From Schmidtea polychroa (Eukaryota): 64,000 nucleotides of DNA. The first letter of the stretch is position 1. Each line of letters begins with the position of its first letter. Of the stretch, positions 42,401 to 52,948 are shown one piece after another. The stretch lies in contig CM097887.1 of the NCBI GenBank assembly GCA_044892525.1, forward strand, positions 92,482,397-92,546,396. The letters run 5' to 3'. The translations under genes were made by a program, and so were the position numbers. Under the pieces are notes generated by a model. That model ran no database searches. It worked only from the letters and a program-made list of their open reading frames with translations, and was not told the origin of the DNA.

Positions 42401-42648
42401 ATATCTTTCCAATGATCCTTTTGAGATTTTGAATCGACTTTAATCTCTTTAATTGCTATTGTTTCTTTAGTTTTAATATTTTGAGCCTAGATTTATGTTA
42501 TGTTGATAAACTTTTCAAAAAATGTTGATAAAATTTACATAATATACAGCTCCAAAACTTCCACAACCAATCTGTTTAAGATTTGTGAATATTGTTGAAG
42601 GGTCATCTTTGCACAAAAGCTGATCAAACTCATCCATATTATTAATTT
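881..42648 (-). CDS. tao: TAO (thousand-and-one amino acid) STE20-family Ser/Thr kinase gene, at least 12 exons; 3' end and any upstream exon unresolved
   Basis: Exons joined by hand, all GT-AG and phase-consistent: 42648-42539, 42486-42313, 42269-42224, 32688-32386, 31113-30773, 30717-30598, 26226-26079, 24500-24232, 19552-19226, 19171-18914, 9475-9251, 1063-881. Kinase motifs [47 protein letters not shown]-specific [35 protein letters not shown] and coiled-coil [14 protein letters not shown]. Confidence 0.93.
3086..3508. mobile_element. Non-autonomous hAT (Buster-type) MITE
   Basis: Left TIR CAGGGGTGGGCA; right ends at 3155 (TGCCCACCCCTG) and 3508 (TGCCCACCGTTG); 8-bp TSD tcatatag at 3078-85 and 3509-16; GAGCCGCA subterminal repeats. 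Confidence 0.75.
5103..8223 (+). mobile_element. hAT DNA transposon (ZMYM1-like/DUF4371 transposase type), 3.1 kb
   Basis: Perfect 8-bp TSD actatgat (5095-5102 / 8224-8231); TIR cagtgccgtact vs cagcgccgtgct; GGGCCCC subterminal motifs. Confidence 0.92.
5596..8117 (+). pseudogene. hAT transposase, disrupted (frame break near 6060-6110, TAA at 7941-43)
   Basis: Motifs [41 protein letters not shown]; after the premature stop [31 protein letters not shown] (hAT dimerisation domain) ends at 8117. Confidence 0.9.
8500..8650. repeat. Possible non-autonomous Helitron/HINE-like fragment
   Basis: tttgtatgtttgtatatggacg...gatcggattgagttgaaatttggc...aaatttcagatcgatccgatc resembles DINE-1/HINE core sequences; termini not found. 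Confidence 0.3.
9251..9475 (-). CDS. tao: TAO kinase exon (coiled coil)
   Basis: AG 9476-77, GT 9249-50, 75 codons; [10 protein letters not shown]...[24 protein letters not shown] matches TAO IQTRQYKALR...[24 protein letters not shown]. Confidence 0.85.
9713..12485 (+). mobile_element. hATm-group DNA transposon, deletion derivative
   Basis: Right end reverse-complements to TAGGGTGGAGCTT (hATm-type terminus); left end tgtggagctt is damaged; long imperfect subterminal inverted repeat (cttaccc...ctgttcct); degenerate TSD cactgcaa/cactacat; 5'UTR intron gtaagt ~10180 to tttcag ~10364. Confidence 0.82.
10382..12183 (+). pseudogene. hATm transposase with frameshift/internal deletion near 10600
   Basis: ORF 10382-10627 (LRGSKLPS...FWQKARIP) then 10573-12183 with [42 protein letters not shown]. 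Confidence 0.88.
12715..15886 (+). mobile_element. Full-length, apparently autonomous hATm transposon (3172 bp)
   Basis: TIR TAGGGTGGGTCGAA / TTCGACTCACCCTA (13 of 14 match); perfect 8-bp TSD ataatcag (12707-14 / 15887-94). Confidence 0.94.
13214..15439 (+). CDS. hATm transposase, uninterrupted, 741 aa from ATG 13214
   Basis: Cys-rich FDICCCKC...CTC; CLGFDGKQD; [10 protein letters not shown]; [14 protein letters not shown]; NHSRWLT; [16 protein letters not shown]. The listed TTG start at 13115 is probably intron/UTR. Confidence 0.9.
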   Translation: MKGQRNKQFRKTRSKSRHCLFGQTCELPRNQLPTCEDVFRDYCYNEKCTQFHTGFNEQATLLANKVKEIYMKARIPTVEFSSIVVRVKRLISKVRELEKYPECKRSSAKFQDKLSSFSKLFDICCCKCFNDGARGRCQCTCRLALKIPSLEWEFWIDQQTTRNMKIGNTDRQETSKLKRKQTKSSPTGKGKQMKIEIMDTEVNDLHPTSRSDKESEAASDESKDKLDNSTESSESSVEECDEFQNRRHYPELSKAVDRCGVSNRDTCLLVNAFLKDMELLSSQTIIDPSKLRRQRKYWREREIEQHSAEAKNLICLGFDGKQDSTLLHRRILKEEHYVIVAFPGDTYIDHVVPQSSKAVDIGKEIMSIIVSTQSSLTLQAIVCDGTNTNTGKNNGIIRRLEKSLGRPLQWLICLLHANELPFRKYFSVVDGGETKGPKTSCGEIGSVLDFDPKDKPVVAFMSLPGKVVDISENVKKELNTDQLYFLRVCLAVQKGYHNNKDVPFLQMAQPGNLNHSRWLTKANRILRLYMSETAPSEPLMRIVKFIVNFYGPSWFYIKTHSSCQDGARNIFYMLQLLQDLDPSDQEIIFPVIQNNNYFSHPENILLAAVGDDDEEIRKFATEKIITARQNFLPSEVIRTMDKNTVFLQSSATSYVDMIDWTKCNLTPPPLLSHILDHELKMNKKITLEQFPCHSQAVERAIKDVSSASCKVFGHKSRHGMVLLCKKSRKELPKVQSKADFM
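16450..18100 (+). mobile_element. Decayed hAT-superfamily transposon
   Basis: Frameshifted motifs [13 protein letters not shown] (16680), [31 protein letters not shown] (17380); GC-rich subterminal region ending ...AAACACTA at 18100. Confidence 0.6.
18914..19552 (-). CDS. tao: Two TAO kinase coiled-coil exons (19552-19226, 19171-18914) separated by a 54-nt intron
   Basis: [28 protein letters not shown] aligns to TAO [28 protein letters not shown]; GT-AG ends, phase 0. Confidence 0.85.
20918..21960 (+). mobile_element. Mariner (DD34D-type) element, decayed
   Basis: TIR TTAGATTGGTGCATAAATTCATCCTG / CAGGACGAATTTATGCACCAA after TA; relic motifs [29 protein letters not shown]. Confidence 0.85.
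23820..23902. repeat. (AAT)n microsatellite; others at ~18780-18809, 28935-28994, 52598-52658, 57709-57785
   Basis: Pure TAA triplet run seen directly. Confidence 0.97.
24232..24500 (-). CDS. tao: TAO kinase exon (start of coiled coil)
   Basis: AG 24501-02, GT 24230-31; [26 protein letters not shown] matches TAO [26 protein letters not shown]. Confidence 0.88.
24800..24965 (+). pseudogene. pogo/Tigger-like CENP-B HTH fragment
   Basis: LRQWK...[21 protein letters not shown] resembles pogo-type HTH linkers; no termini found. Confidence 0.35.
26079..26226 (-). CDS. tao: TAO kinase linker exon
   Basis: Open 148-nt GT-AG exon; phase 0 in and phase 1 out match its neighbours. Confidence 0.7.
27100..27700 (+). 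pseudogene. Decayed hAT transposase fragment
   Basis: [16 protein letters not shown] (~27285) matches the hAT first catalytic Asp motif FSII.DETTD...KEQ; surrounding frames broken. Confidence 0.5.
28402..28912. mobile_element. hAT MITE, 511 bp
   Basis: TIR caggagcggctc / gagccgtccctg; 8-bp TSD ataataat on both sides; GCGCCCTAGGC subterminal motifs. Confidence 0.8.
29090..30562 (-). mobile_element. Plant-type (Stowaway-related, DD39D-like) mariner, decayed, 1473 bp
   Basis: TA TSDs; TIR CTCCTTCCGTTTCAAAAAA / TTTTTTGGAACGGAGGGAG; relic transposase [12 protein letters not shown]...IYLLP and [13 protein letters not shown]. Confidence 0.85.
30598..32688 (-). CDS. tao: TAO kinase catalytic-core exons (32688-32386, 31113-30773, 30717-30598)
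   Basis: [43 protein letters not shown]; splice phases 1/1/0. Confidence 0.93.
34421..34860. mobile_element. Degenerate hAT (Buster-type) MITE
   Basis: Ends ...TGCTCAACCT / AGGTTGAGTA...; GGGCCAC and GGGCCGCA subterminal motifs; no clean TSD. Confidence 0.45.
34590..35620. repeat. Diverged ~140-bp direct duplication (34590-34740 and 35490-35620)
   Basis: gtgtatatcaaagattaccag...gaaataagattct...tattaggctccgatt...accataaaac present twice. Confidence 0.75.
36500..37100 (-). mobile_element. Highly decayed Tc1/mariner-like remnant
   Basis: TAGGTGGCCCAAAAG terminus-like sequence at 36510; minus-strand relics KTVNQENY and NIWEILN. Confidence 0.3.
39417..39463. repeat. (TA)n microsatellite (another at ~43650-43680)
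   Basis: Direct TA run. Confidence 0.95.
39660..39920 (+). pseudogene. Tigger/pogo transposase N-terminal HTH fragment
   Basis: [19 protein letters not shown] and [13 protein letters not shown]; TTACACGG repeats at ~39375 and ~40080 resemble Tigger subterminal motifs. Confidence 0.6.
40600..41000 (-). pseudogene. Decayed Ty3-type reverse transcriptase relic
   Basis: Fragmentary ETLDSVIG, PFGL-like and LSNVGVK..LNKTK...HMDT-like motifs with many indels. Confidence 0.35.
42224..42648 (-). CDS. tao: TAO kinase N-lobe exons (ATG at 42637; introns of 52 and 43 nt)
   Basis: [33 protein letters not shown] / [14 protein letters not shown]...[12 protein letters not shown] / [15 protein letters not shown]. 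Confidence 0.92.
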
Positions 42649-43476
42649 CTAAAACTTTAGTCATTAAATTTTATCATTCTATCATTAATTTTTATTAAAA
42701 AATTAAACCCCGATTCTTTAAGATTTATATCTTGTTAATTCAAATGATTTATTTAATTGACTTAAACAAAATGTTAGTTTATCAAAAATATATTTCAGTT
42801 ATAACTTATATTTAATTATCAAAACTATGAATTTATCAATTAAAATTGTTCTAATGTTTTATGTTGATAAAACTTATTTGTTTCTTTAATATATTGTAAA
42901 TATCAAATGAAAATTAAAAATATTTGATTTTGTAAAATAATTAAAATTTATACGACTAATTAATGACTAAACAAGTGTAAGAACTAATTAACTATTAAGA
43001 AAAAAATTAGAACTCTAAACTCAAACAAAACTCTCAACTCAGTAAATAACGAAACTAACTACTCAAAACTAAACAACTCCGAAACCAAGCGCCCAGGAAC
43101 TCTATAATTTAAATTAAGAATCTGATATAACTGTTCTATATGATGCTCGGTATATTGGCTAAGTTGGCTTAGCAACCAGTTACTCCATCTTCAGTAAGAA
43201 AGAAGGTTCCAGTGAAGACCTCTCCAGGAAAACATGAAAGGAATTGAATTGGACGAATAAAGGTTGCATGGATGGCAGGCTAATCATAGAAATCTAGATA
43301 TCAAGTATTTAGGCGGCGAAATCAACGACGATAGTGAACGATTAAACTTTAATATCGAGTTAATTTGATTTTTCTAAAAATAGTGAAATGTTTTAGTGGA
43401 TTTTATTAGTCTATTTAGAATTTTGAATATGTTAGGGAATAAGAAAACCTATTTAAAGTATTAATAATATCGGAAG

Positions 43477-43650
43477 CAGTGCTCGAAGTGAGGCGGGATA
43501 GCCGGGATATTATCCCGGCATTGATTATGTAGGCGGAATTGCATCCCGGCACTTCATTTCATATAATCTATAGGTTTATCCCGGTACTTATTTCATTTTA
43601 TAGGCACACAAATACTGCAATTAAGGTCACACATAGTACATCCATATATG

Positions 43651-43681
<31 letters not shown>

Positions 43682-43897
43682 TCTTTATTCTCTATTCTCT
43701 ATTCAATTAAGAATTTCCTAAGCAGCAGTAATGGATAGGTAGGTATATTCTCTTATTTATTTTAGTTAAACCAGCAAGTTGTTTGTTGAGTTATTTATAC
43801 TGCGACCCCCTCTATATATAATGTGTCTATATATAAAATTTGTTGGACACCCCCCAAAGTTTTGCAACACACATATTTTGTTCCACTTCGAGCACTG
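43477..43897. mobile_element. hAT MITE, 421 bp
   Basis: Perfect 14-bp TIR CAGTGCTCGAAGTG; perfect 8-bp TSD atcggaag. Confidence 0.92.
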
Positions 43898-45179
43898 ATC
43901 GGAAGTAAGGACCAAAGAGAGGTAGGGCACTGTACCTGCTTTGGTAAGCCCTTAAATCACGAGGTGCGTCAAGGAATTACCAATCCTTGATAATTGGCTC
44001 ACCTGATGCTGACGACTACCTCGTATTTAATGGTAATCAATAGTTCTGAGATGTTGCGAAAGCAAAACAGAGCATCGAACCTAATTGTGATACCAAAGGA
44101 TAGATGGAAGTGAATATGGACAGATTTCCTTCCAATCGTAACCCACTAGATTTATCAATAATGGCATCTCATTATTAACGCATTTTATAAAAAGAAAAAG
44201 TTTAATGAATCACAATTGGAGTCATTCATTGAAGAATCCGATTAAAAAATTGAAATAAAAGATGAATATTGATGAAGAAAAAAGCAGAGTATGAAATAAC
44301 TAAATCACTTTAAGATATCAATAATTTTCTGCCAACAAATATACTTATGGGGAAGTTAAAAGATTCTTAAAGATTAATTAGAAATTTGGTAAGAGAATCC
44401 TAATAATACTGATTTCTGAAAATATATGTGTTTTTACAATGATAAAAATTCTATCTAAAAATTCATGAAACCAAAGAATAAAAGATATTTAAAACAGTAT
44501 ACTCCTATCTCTCATATCATTGACTGCAAAACCATATGTTCATTTTATTTAAAATTAAACTCCAAAAAGCAGCAGTAGATGCAAAAATAAAATTTGATAA
44601 TAATGAAAACGAAGAGGATGTTGAAAGAAAAATTAGTGATATTGTTGGAATTGTATCGATATTTTTAATACTCTTTCGTCTCAAAGGGCTAACCTTAACT
44701 CATCAATGTTACCTCTCCAAGTCGAATTTTCATAAAAATTTAAGGCAAAGTATATTAAAAGAAGAAATGAATTTCCTAATATTTGGTCTTTTTTGCTTTA
44801 AATAAAGCATCGCTAATTATAAACGAGTTTGCTGTTTTTATGCCAATAGTGAAGGTGAAATGGTGGTTTAAGCATTGCACCATAGTACCCCAAGAGCAAG
44901 CTATATATTAGAAAAGGGTTATATCAAAATGACATGATTCAATGGATATTAATTTTTATGATACTGATGTTAATATTGATGAAACATTGGAAGATTAAAT
45001 CAATAGATCGTGCTTTTTGGAGTTTTGACTGTCAAAATTTGAGCCATAGTAATGATCCTGAGATTGAAATACGTCAGTTGTCAAGAAGTCAAAGTTAGGT
45101 CAATCACCACAATTTCACATTATTGAATAGTGGTATAATTAATTAAAATTTATTGACATTTTTGAAGTTCAGTGTAATA

Positions 45180-45502
45180 CAGGGGTCGGCAACCTATAGC
45201 ACACGTTCCAGATTTGTCACGCGGTGGAGTCAATGCCATTCTATACACTACTATAAAGTGGTCTGGATAATCGCTATTGGGTAATTAAAAACTTTTAAAT
45301 TGTGTTGGAATTTTTTGTTGTTTGTTTTTCAATTAATGATTTGAAAAATAATTTTGGAATCAAATTATTTTCATAAAGAACTGTATTATTTAATGTGACA
45401 GAAATATACCATTACTTATTTGTAAAAAAAAAATAAGGTGGCACCCTGAATTAATTGGCAGTGTGACTTGGCACACCACAGCTAAAAGGTTGCCGACCCC
45501 TG
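45180..45502. mobile_element. Buster-type hAT MITE, 323 bp
   Basis: Perfect 16-bp TIR CAGGGGTCGGCAACCT; TSD gtgtaata/atgtaata (nnnTAnnn). Confidence 0.9.
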
Positions 45503-48500
45503 ATGTAATATTTTCTTTTTTGTAAAAATTGAATCAATAAATCTTTATTTTGTTGAAAATTCATTCAAACGATCAACAAGTAATGAGGAATAATCGAATG
45601 AAATTATCCATTATCCATTAAGATGTAAAATATTTACAGAGGAAGATGTTTTATTCAGTAGACCAATCATTATTATCTGTGGAAAATGTGCTTGTCTTTT
45701 ATGACAGTGTTTAGCAAAGTAGTGGTCCTTGGACCAACAAAGGTTTGTGAACCCTACATTACCTGTCCACATCGTAGGTCAAAACCCATGGGTAAAAAAC
45801 CCCAATATAAAATTTATGAAGCACGAATTTGAATAAATTTTATGACGTTTTTAAATTCATATAAATAGAAAAATAATTAATAAAATTGGCACGGGTCCCT
45901 TGTACAATGACAAGTTTTTCTAGAAGTCAGTCGAAAAATTTTGGGAGCCACTATTCTATGAGATCAACTAAATGCTTAGTTTGTTTTTAGTGGAACGTTG
46001 TTTGTATTTTAGTAGATTCAACGCTCTTATTTCTTTATAGAATGTGTTAGAAACCACAGAAATTCTAAAAGGTTTTTACATTTTGTATTTTGCTTTTCTT
46101 AAATTTGATGATTCTATTTTTGATCATCAGCCACACACCCGGTCCCTAGTTCTAAGAATGAATCAGTGGTGCTAGAGTACGATAAGTTAGATAAGGATGT
46201 TGCTTGCTACACAGTGTATAGTATAGGCCAGACTTGAATATATTGGAAGGTGACGCTATCTTTTAATACGTTGCAGTTCATTTTTTGGAACATTTTGGAT
46301 ACATTTGCGCTTGTGTCTCTTGATTGCACAAGTTTCAACAATACTGTATGGAAACATCATTTGCATTTAAAAATCAATATTACATTTGTCATTTCTGCAG
46401 GGGATGGTAAAAACCTCTTTTTCATAAAATCGAATATTTTCTTGTCATGCTTTTCGGAAAATCCCTGTTTGCCGTTCTTCCTTTTGATATTCCACCAATT
46501 TTTTTGTGTTTGTAAATTATAGCTTTGAGTATATTTTTTGGACTCTTAATAATATCACAAATTGAAGTAACTTTCACCAGTTTCCATGTTATCGATCATT
46601 CTTGTTTTGTCAAGTTTTGAAATTCGATCAAAAATTATTTTGTAAACCTTATTAGGATTCTCATCCGTTTTTAAATCACTAAATAATTCCATAAATTTTA
46701 TTTAATAAAAGATATCTCAAAAAAATTGTCTGATCTTATTTTTGTTATTTAAAAAATTTCAGATTTTCTTAAAATATTTCTTTGATAAAAATATTTTTTA
46801 TAATTGATAAATTTTCTTTCTTTTAAAAAATATTTTTCAATAAAAATATATTTAAAATTTTTACCAAATTTCTAATTAATCTTTAAGAATCTTTTTACTT
46901 CCTCATAAACCTTATTTAATAAAACCTACGATTTTGGAGTTGTGACCGAAATTTCAGTAATATCTGAAATACTGTAAAATTATATTTAAATTATATATAA
47001 AATTATAATTCATTATAATAAGATAAATCTTAAGAAATTTTTCATTTTCTCGACAACTCAAAGTATAGTTTTCGGAAATTTCATCAAAAACCTCTAATGC
47101 CATTTGATACACACTCGATAAAGGCTGTGTCGAAATATCGTGTACCTTATATGTTGTTTTGATTTTTAGTCTTACAAATAATAATATGAAAATTATTGAT
47201 TTAAAAAAGATCAACTGTGAAACCAAAAGATAAATATTGTTATTTTGAAGCGGGTATGTTCTCAAACGCTTGCAAGGTTTACATTAAATTTAAATCAAAA
47301 CTTTAACCACTGTCTCAAAGGGATAGAAAAAGGTTGTTATAGCAACAGTGTACATTTCGACAATTTCTATGATTTCCAAAGGAAAATTTTAGAGATCTCA
47401 CTCTAAAGAGCGACGAATCATAATTCAAAAATCTTTTAGCCCATATGAACAATGCCAATTTTAAATTACAATAATATACTTTTAAGTGAATTTCAAAATA
47501 AAAAATTTTGTCTATATTTAAATAACTCATTAAAGTCAAAATTTAAAAACGCTATTTTTTATAATTAGTTTTTTATTTCGTTCGTTTTGGGGCTCTAGGC
47601 GCGTGAACCTATGAGTTAATCAACACTTTATTTTCACAAAACAATTACAACTAAACCTGACATTTATGTATAAATTTTCAATGGATTTTTTTGTCAGCCA
47701 TTTGGATCATATCCATTTCATTTCTTTCTTTAACTGGTTACTATATTAATTAATTAACTTTTATTAAAATAAAATCTTTGATATTAGTCAATATAACAAT
47801 TTTTGTCAAATTTAAACAAATAAATTCTTTAATAACTATTTAAAATCAAATCGGTTGTCATTTAAATTCTAAATGCGTATTATATAAATTTTCATTATTT
47901 ATTTCTTTGTAAATTATTCAAATAAAATCTGTTCTGCCATATCTGACGTAAATTAACAATCGAAAACCATCGAATTAGCCACAGAGTGGAAGAGAGCGAG
48001 AGGGAGGGAGAGAGAGAGGGAGAAAAGAAACAATAATCCAGCTCTCAGTATTTTGATCAAAATTCAATTTCTAGCGATAAGCATGAGCTCAAGTCTCATG
48101 ACAATTCATTAATTATGATCTTGATTTTCCCAAAATATTTCCATGGAAGGTTTCCAGCGTCGTTATTATTTCCCTGTCACTTTTGAAAATACAATGTGCG
48201 ATTATGAAATTAGATTATCACTTTGAAAATATGCAGTAGTTGTGTAAATACCGCTAAAATAGTTTTCCACCGGACTTTCTATTACAAGACAATAATTAAC
48301 TTTTCCGAAAAAAACTTATCAAGAAAAACAGCGGAATATAAATTGATGAGATTTTCAGGGGAGAAAATAGATTTTTGTTCAATTTTAAAATTTGATTTTA
48401 CATTGTTTATGGATGAGGTAAAACAATTAATTATTTTTCATCATAGTCAGAAATTATGAAATTTTTTGTATTTTTACTTAATAAAAGTTTCAATGAAACC

Positions 48501-49289
48501 TTTTAAAGCTGATTAAAAAAAAATCTTTCTTAAACTGATTTGTTTTTATTTTTATATTTGCAAAATTTCTGTTTGTGCAGAGCTGTTATAAAAATTTAAA
48601 GAAAATTTCATATTTAATATAAATAAAAAATATAATTATAATTGTAAAAAATTAGAAAATTACTTGCAACGGCTCATTGTCAGAATTAGAACGTGTTATA
48701 AAGAATTCGAAACAAAAAGTATGTATTATTCAAACAACATAAATTGTTGGATAAATATTCAATATTTAATATTATTTTCATATTTTGAGCAATTCGTCAC
48801 ACTTTGCTGGAATTTGATAATAATAGATGTGATGTAATTATAATGAGATATTTGATTTCCCTAAACTTTACCCTATATTGTGTAATGCCTGCACGTGTGA
48901 TTTATTATTTTTGATTTTCTGGATCCTCAAATTATGTCACTGATTATTATTTCACAATAAGCTATTGCCGATTGTGTTGGTGTTGGCACACTGGGTACTA
49001 TAAATAGTACCACAATTTCTTAAATAAAGTTTTTGGAATTTCTCAAGTTATTCTTATTCTTTACAATAGATATCCAAATTAAATATAATTAATAATAAAT
49101 AATTAAATAAATATTCTTTTTACATATCTAGTTCAATTTTCTTCATTTCGAGATATTTAAGGTTTAAATTTTATAATATTTGGAAATTATGTTAATCTCT
49201 AACATATTTTGTTATATTGACATTTTATTTGACAAGATATTCATATTTATCTTTTTCTAGACTTCACTCATTTTGTCAAAATTGAACTT

Positions 49290-49470
49290 ATGCCACTTAC
49301 ATTTATAATAGCTCATTTCTTACGATCTCAATTCCCGTTTATAAGTTCCAATATATAACTATGATCATGTATCTTACTAATTTTATTAAGCGGCTCTTCT
49401 TATTTGTCCTCGTCTCCGTTTCCCATTTCATTATTATCTAACTTTATTTTCTTTTCTAAATTCACTTTAT
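49290..49470 (-). pseudogene. Decayed Ty3 integrase C-terminal (GPY/F) relic
   Basis: EEPLNKISKIHDHSYILELINGN parallels GPYKVIKKIHERSYLLKDQNGK of the intact element; contains stops. Confidence 0.4.
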
Positions 49471-50822
49471 TTTTCTTTCTATTCCAACTTCTTGTTTATC
49501 ATTATTACTTGTATTTGAAAATTTTCTCAATGTTAGAAACCACTTTTTGTTAATTTCCAATAAAAAACAACAAAAAATGTTAACAATTTTACAGTTTTTT
49601 TATCGTTTTTGTATATTAGAATTTTTCAAAATAATTTTGTATTAGTGGAAAAATCTTTAATATACAATATAAAAAAGGAAGCTTTCTTCTATTTTAAAAC
49701 TAGACTCTTCCATTGAACTTGTGCCGTCATCTGTCTGTCGTCACAAACCCTTGTATAAATGCTAAGTTGTAATAATAACAAAATTTTATTTTTAATTAAT
49801 TAATTTAAAACATTCACCTAAATAATTTTATTTTGTTTACTTGACATTTATATGAAAATATAAAATTTGTATCAGAAAAATATTTTTCAGATTCTATTTG
49901 AAAATTAATCCGGAAACTAAATTTTTCTCCGTTTGAAAGTTTTATGCGTGAAAAGTTTTCTGCGATTTTTCCGTAATTTTATGTCACTGGTTAGAATTAT
50001 AAAGTTATTTTGAAATAAATTTCTAAATGCAGAAGAAAAGTTAAAAGTTAAAATTTATGTTTATTTGTGCTGATACCATTCTTGATATCTGAATAATATT
50101 AAATTAAAATCTTTGTTTTAAATATCTGTATCATTTATGTTTCACCGATAGCTCGCAGGATTTTAGGAACCCTCGATCAGTGTTTTAAATTAATTGGTCC
50201 CAGTAAAGGATCGCCTCAAAAAACCTAAACAAAATTAGGTTAAAATAAGAGTCTTAAATAATTATTAATTTTCTAAATTTATTTTACCAAATTCGAATGA
50301 GTTATACAACCGAAACTTATAAAACCGAAAGAAATATATCATTTTCTTAAGGAATGTTGAAGAAGAATGTATTTACTGATTTTATTATAAGAACTTCTTT
50401 CGATTTTCACCTCTGATTTCTTTTCAATTGACATTGTATTCATTAGAAAATTGACTATGAATCAGTAAAGATATCGAGGATTTATTGATATTCACGAATT
50501 TTCGACACACCTTTTATTTAATTTTAATTTAGCTTTAATTTTTTTAATTTTAATTTTAACAAATATGTACTCAAATAATTTTAATTAAAAGTGTATTTTA
50601 TTATGATACTAGTTTACTAAGTCTTCCATGACGGTTGGATAAAATTATAAATATAGATTTTGCATGGTTTATTAACAGCAATTTGTCATGTGACGTTTTA
50701 TCGAAATTTTTAGATTGAATCGTATGAAATATCATTTCAGCTATAAAAATTATATGCGACTCGCAAAATATGATTGTTACATTTTAACAGTCAGCGCTAA
50801 TAAATTTCATTTGTGTCGAAAC

Positions 50823-51554
50823 TAGCGTTGCCAGACGTCCCGATTAATCGGGAATGTCCCGTTTTCAGAGATGTTTTCGAGTGTCCCCCAAAAAGTCTTG
50901 GCGACGTTCAAATGTCCCGATTTAGATTTATTATAAAAAAAACAAATTAAATTTATGAAATACATAATCAAATAATTTTTGAACGGAAACAAACTTAAAA
51001 ATTTGCATGAACCTGCTGAAATATGAAAAAGGTTTTAATTTTTAATATCATAGAAGTTGTGTCTGTTCGGTGTTTGTTTTATACATGCACAACTGTTTGG
51101 TTAACAGTTTGGATATTTAATTAAATTGTTTATAATTTACGTAGTAAGTATAATTTAAAATTTTGATATTATTTAAATAATTATGCCATACCTTTAACTA
51201 TAGTTTGAAAATGCCAAAAAGATCTTGTCAGTATTTGGAAAGATATACTGAAGAGTATCCATTTATAAAGAAAGGAAAAACAAACACCGAAGTATATTGT
51301 TTACATTGCAAAGTTTATATCAGCATAAGCACTTAGTATTCAATAATCTCTATTCTCCTAATTTATTATTTTAGTCATTCCATGTGATGTTAGCTTAAAT
51401 GAATTTTTATATAAAGTTAATGAAATGAATTTGAATTTTTATGTTCCTATTAAATTTAGTTTATTTTTATAAGCATAATAAATTAATATATTAATTATAA
51501 AAAAAAATGTTTTGCACTGTCCCGATTTAAGTTTTGAAAATTCTGGCAAGCCTA
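50823..51554 (+). mobile_element. Non-autonomous Blackjack-type hAT deletion derivative
   Basis: TIR TAGCGTTGCCAGA / TCTGGCAAGCCTA with TGTCCCG subterminal repeats; truncated ORF 51211-51336 MPKRSCQY...EEYPFIKK...VYCLHC; no TSD match. Confidence 0.75.
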
Positions 51555-52595
51555 AATATAGTGAATAAAGATTTTTAATAAAAAGTAAAAATTTGAAATA
51601 TTATATTCTTTCAAATATGTCAATAAAATAATTTATATTTTCCTATAAATTAGATGATGATGGCTTCATTAAATCATGACTCAAAAAATAATATATCATA
51701 ATATCAAATTTTCTGGTACATCATACAAAATGATGTCTATAGTACAAACACAGATTTTTTTTCAAAGGATATAAATATGTTAAATTTCGCAGCATTAAAT
51801 TTTTACACACAGGTAAGTTTGTGTGTTCCTATAATATATATTTATTGAATTTTTTTTTAGATTATAGATAATGTTATATTTCGCAGTTATTAATCAGGCT
51901 TCCATTTGTGCTTTAACAAACAATTACATTTTTTATGTGTAGAAAGTAATTAAATTATATTAAAATAAAATTCAAGTTATAATATTAAATTTTATTTGTT
52001 ATAATTATCTATATTTCAACCTCCTGGCACTCCTTAGCACCCTATAATTCTAAAAAAGTGAGAACGAAAAGAATAAATACATTTTTCCAAATTACAGTAT
52101 TTTAATTAAAAAAATTCAAATTAATATTTTTATTTAATTCGATTTATGATAAAAAACGGAAATGATTCATAAAAAATAATTCAAATCAAATAAATTTGTT
52201 TTTTTCAAATAAAAAGAAAAACCCATAAATATTTTTATTTCCTCCGAAATCCTGAATTAATATAGCAGATAAACCTTGTAATTTAACTTCATCACACAGA
52301 ATCCAATCAGGGACATCTATAATTAAAGTCGTCCTGAAAAGAATGGTAAAATCACGCAGAATTTGGAATGGAAAAGTAAAATATCTGAAAAATCTAAAAC
52401 CAAATAAATTAAGTTGAAATTTCAAATATTTCCATCTGTATAATTGGGTTTATTTCCCAACTCTTTTCTGTCGACGATGTTGATGATTGGAATAATTCAA
52501 TTGTCATTTTTTTATTTAATTGGATTTGTTCATTTTTATAAAGTTATTAGTAATATGTTTTGATAAATTGAAAATATAATGAACAAGCTCATTGT

Positions 52596-52658
<63 letters not shown>

Positions 52659-52948
52659 TGTTAGAAGCTATAACATTTAATTCTTCTGTCATCAAAATAA
52701 ATTACTAAGACTATTAAATCCAAAATTATATTTCATTAAATCTGATTATATAAACAAATATTCTTGGGACATTTTCTAAATTTTAATTTCAACCAAATAT
52801 CAACATACCATCGCATTCATACTTGAATTTCAATTTTATTAAAAATTATTTTATTTTAAAATTTCAATTATCATTTCAATTTTAATATCTTAAAATAATT
52901 TAAGTTTCAATTAAAATTTTACAAATTTTAATCATGAACTAATTTAAT

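Noticed and set aside
47980-48030. GA-rich tract as the TAO promoter
   Set aside because: No TSS evidence and no linking exon identified.
52186-52425. 79-aa minus-strand ORF as a host exon
   Set aside because: Plausible splice sites, but no recognisable homology or phase-compatible partner exon.
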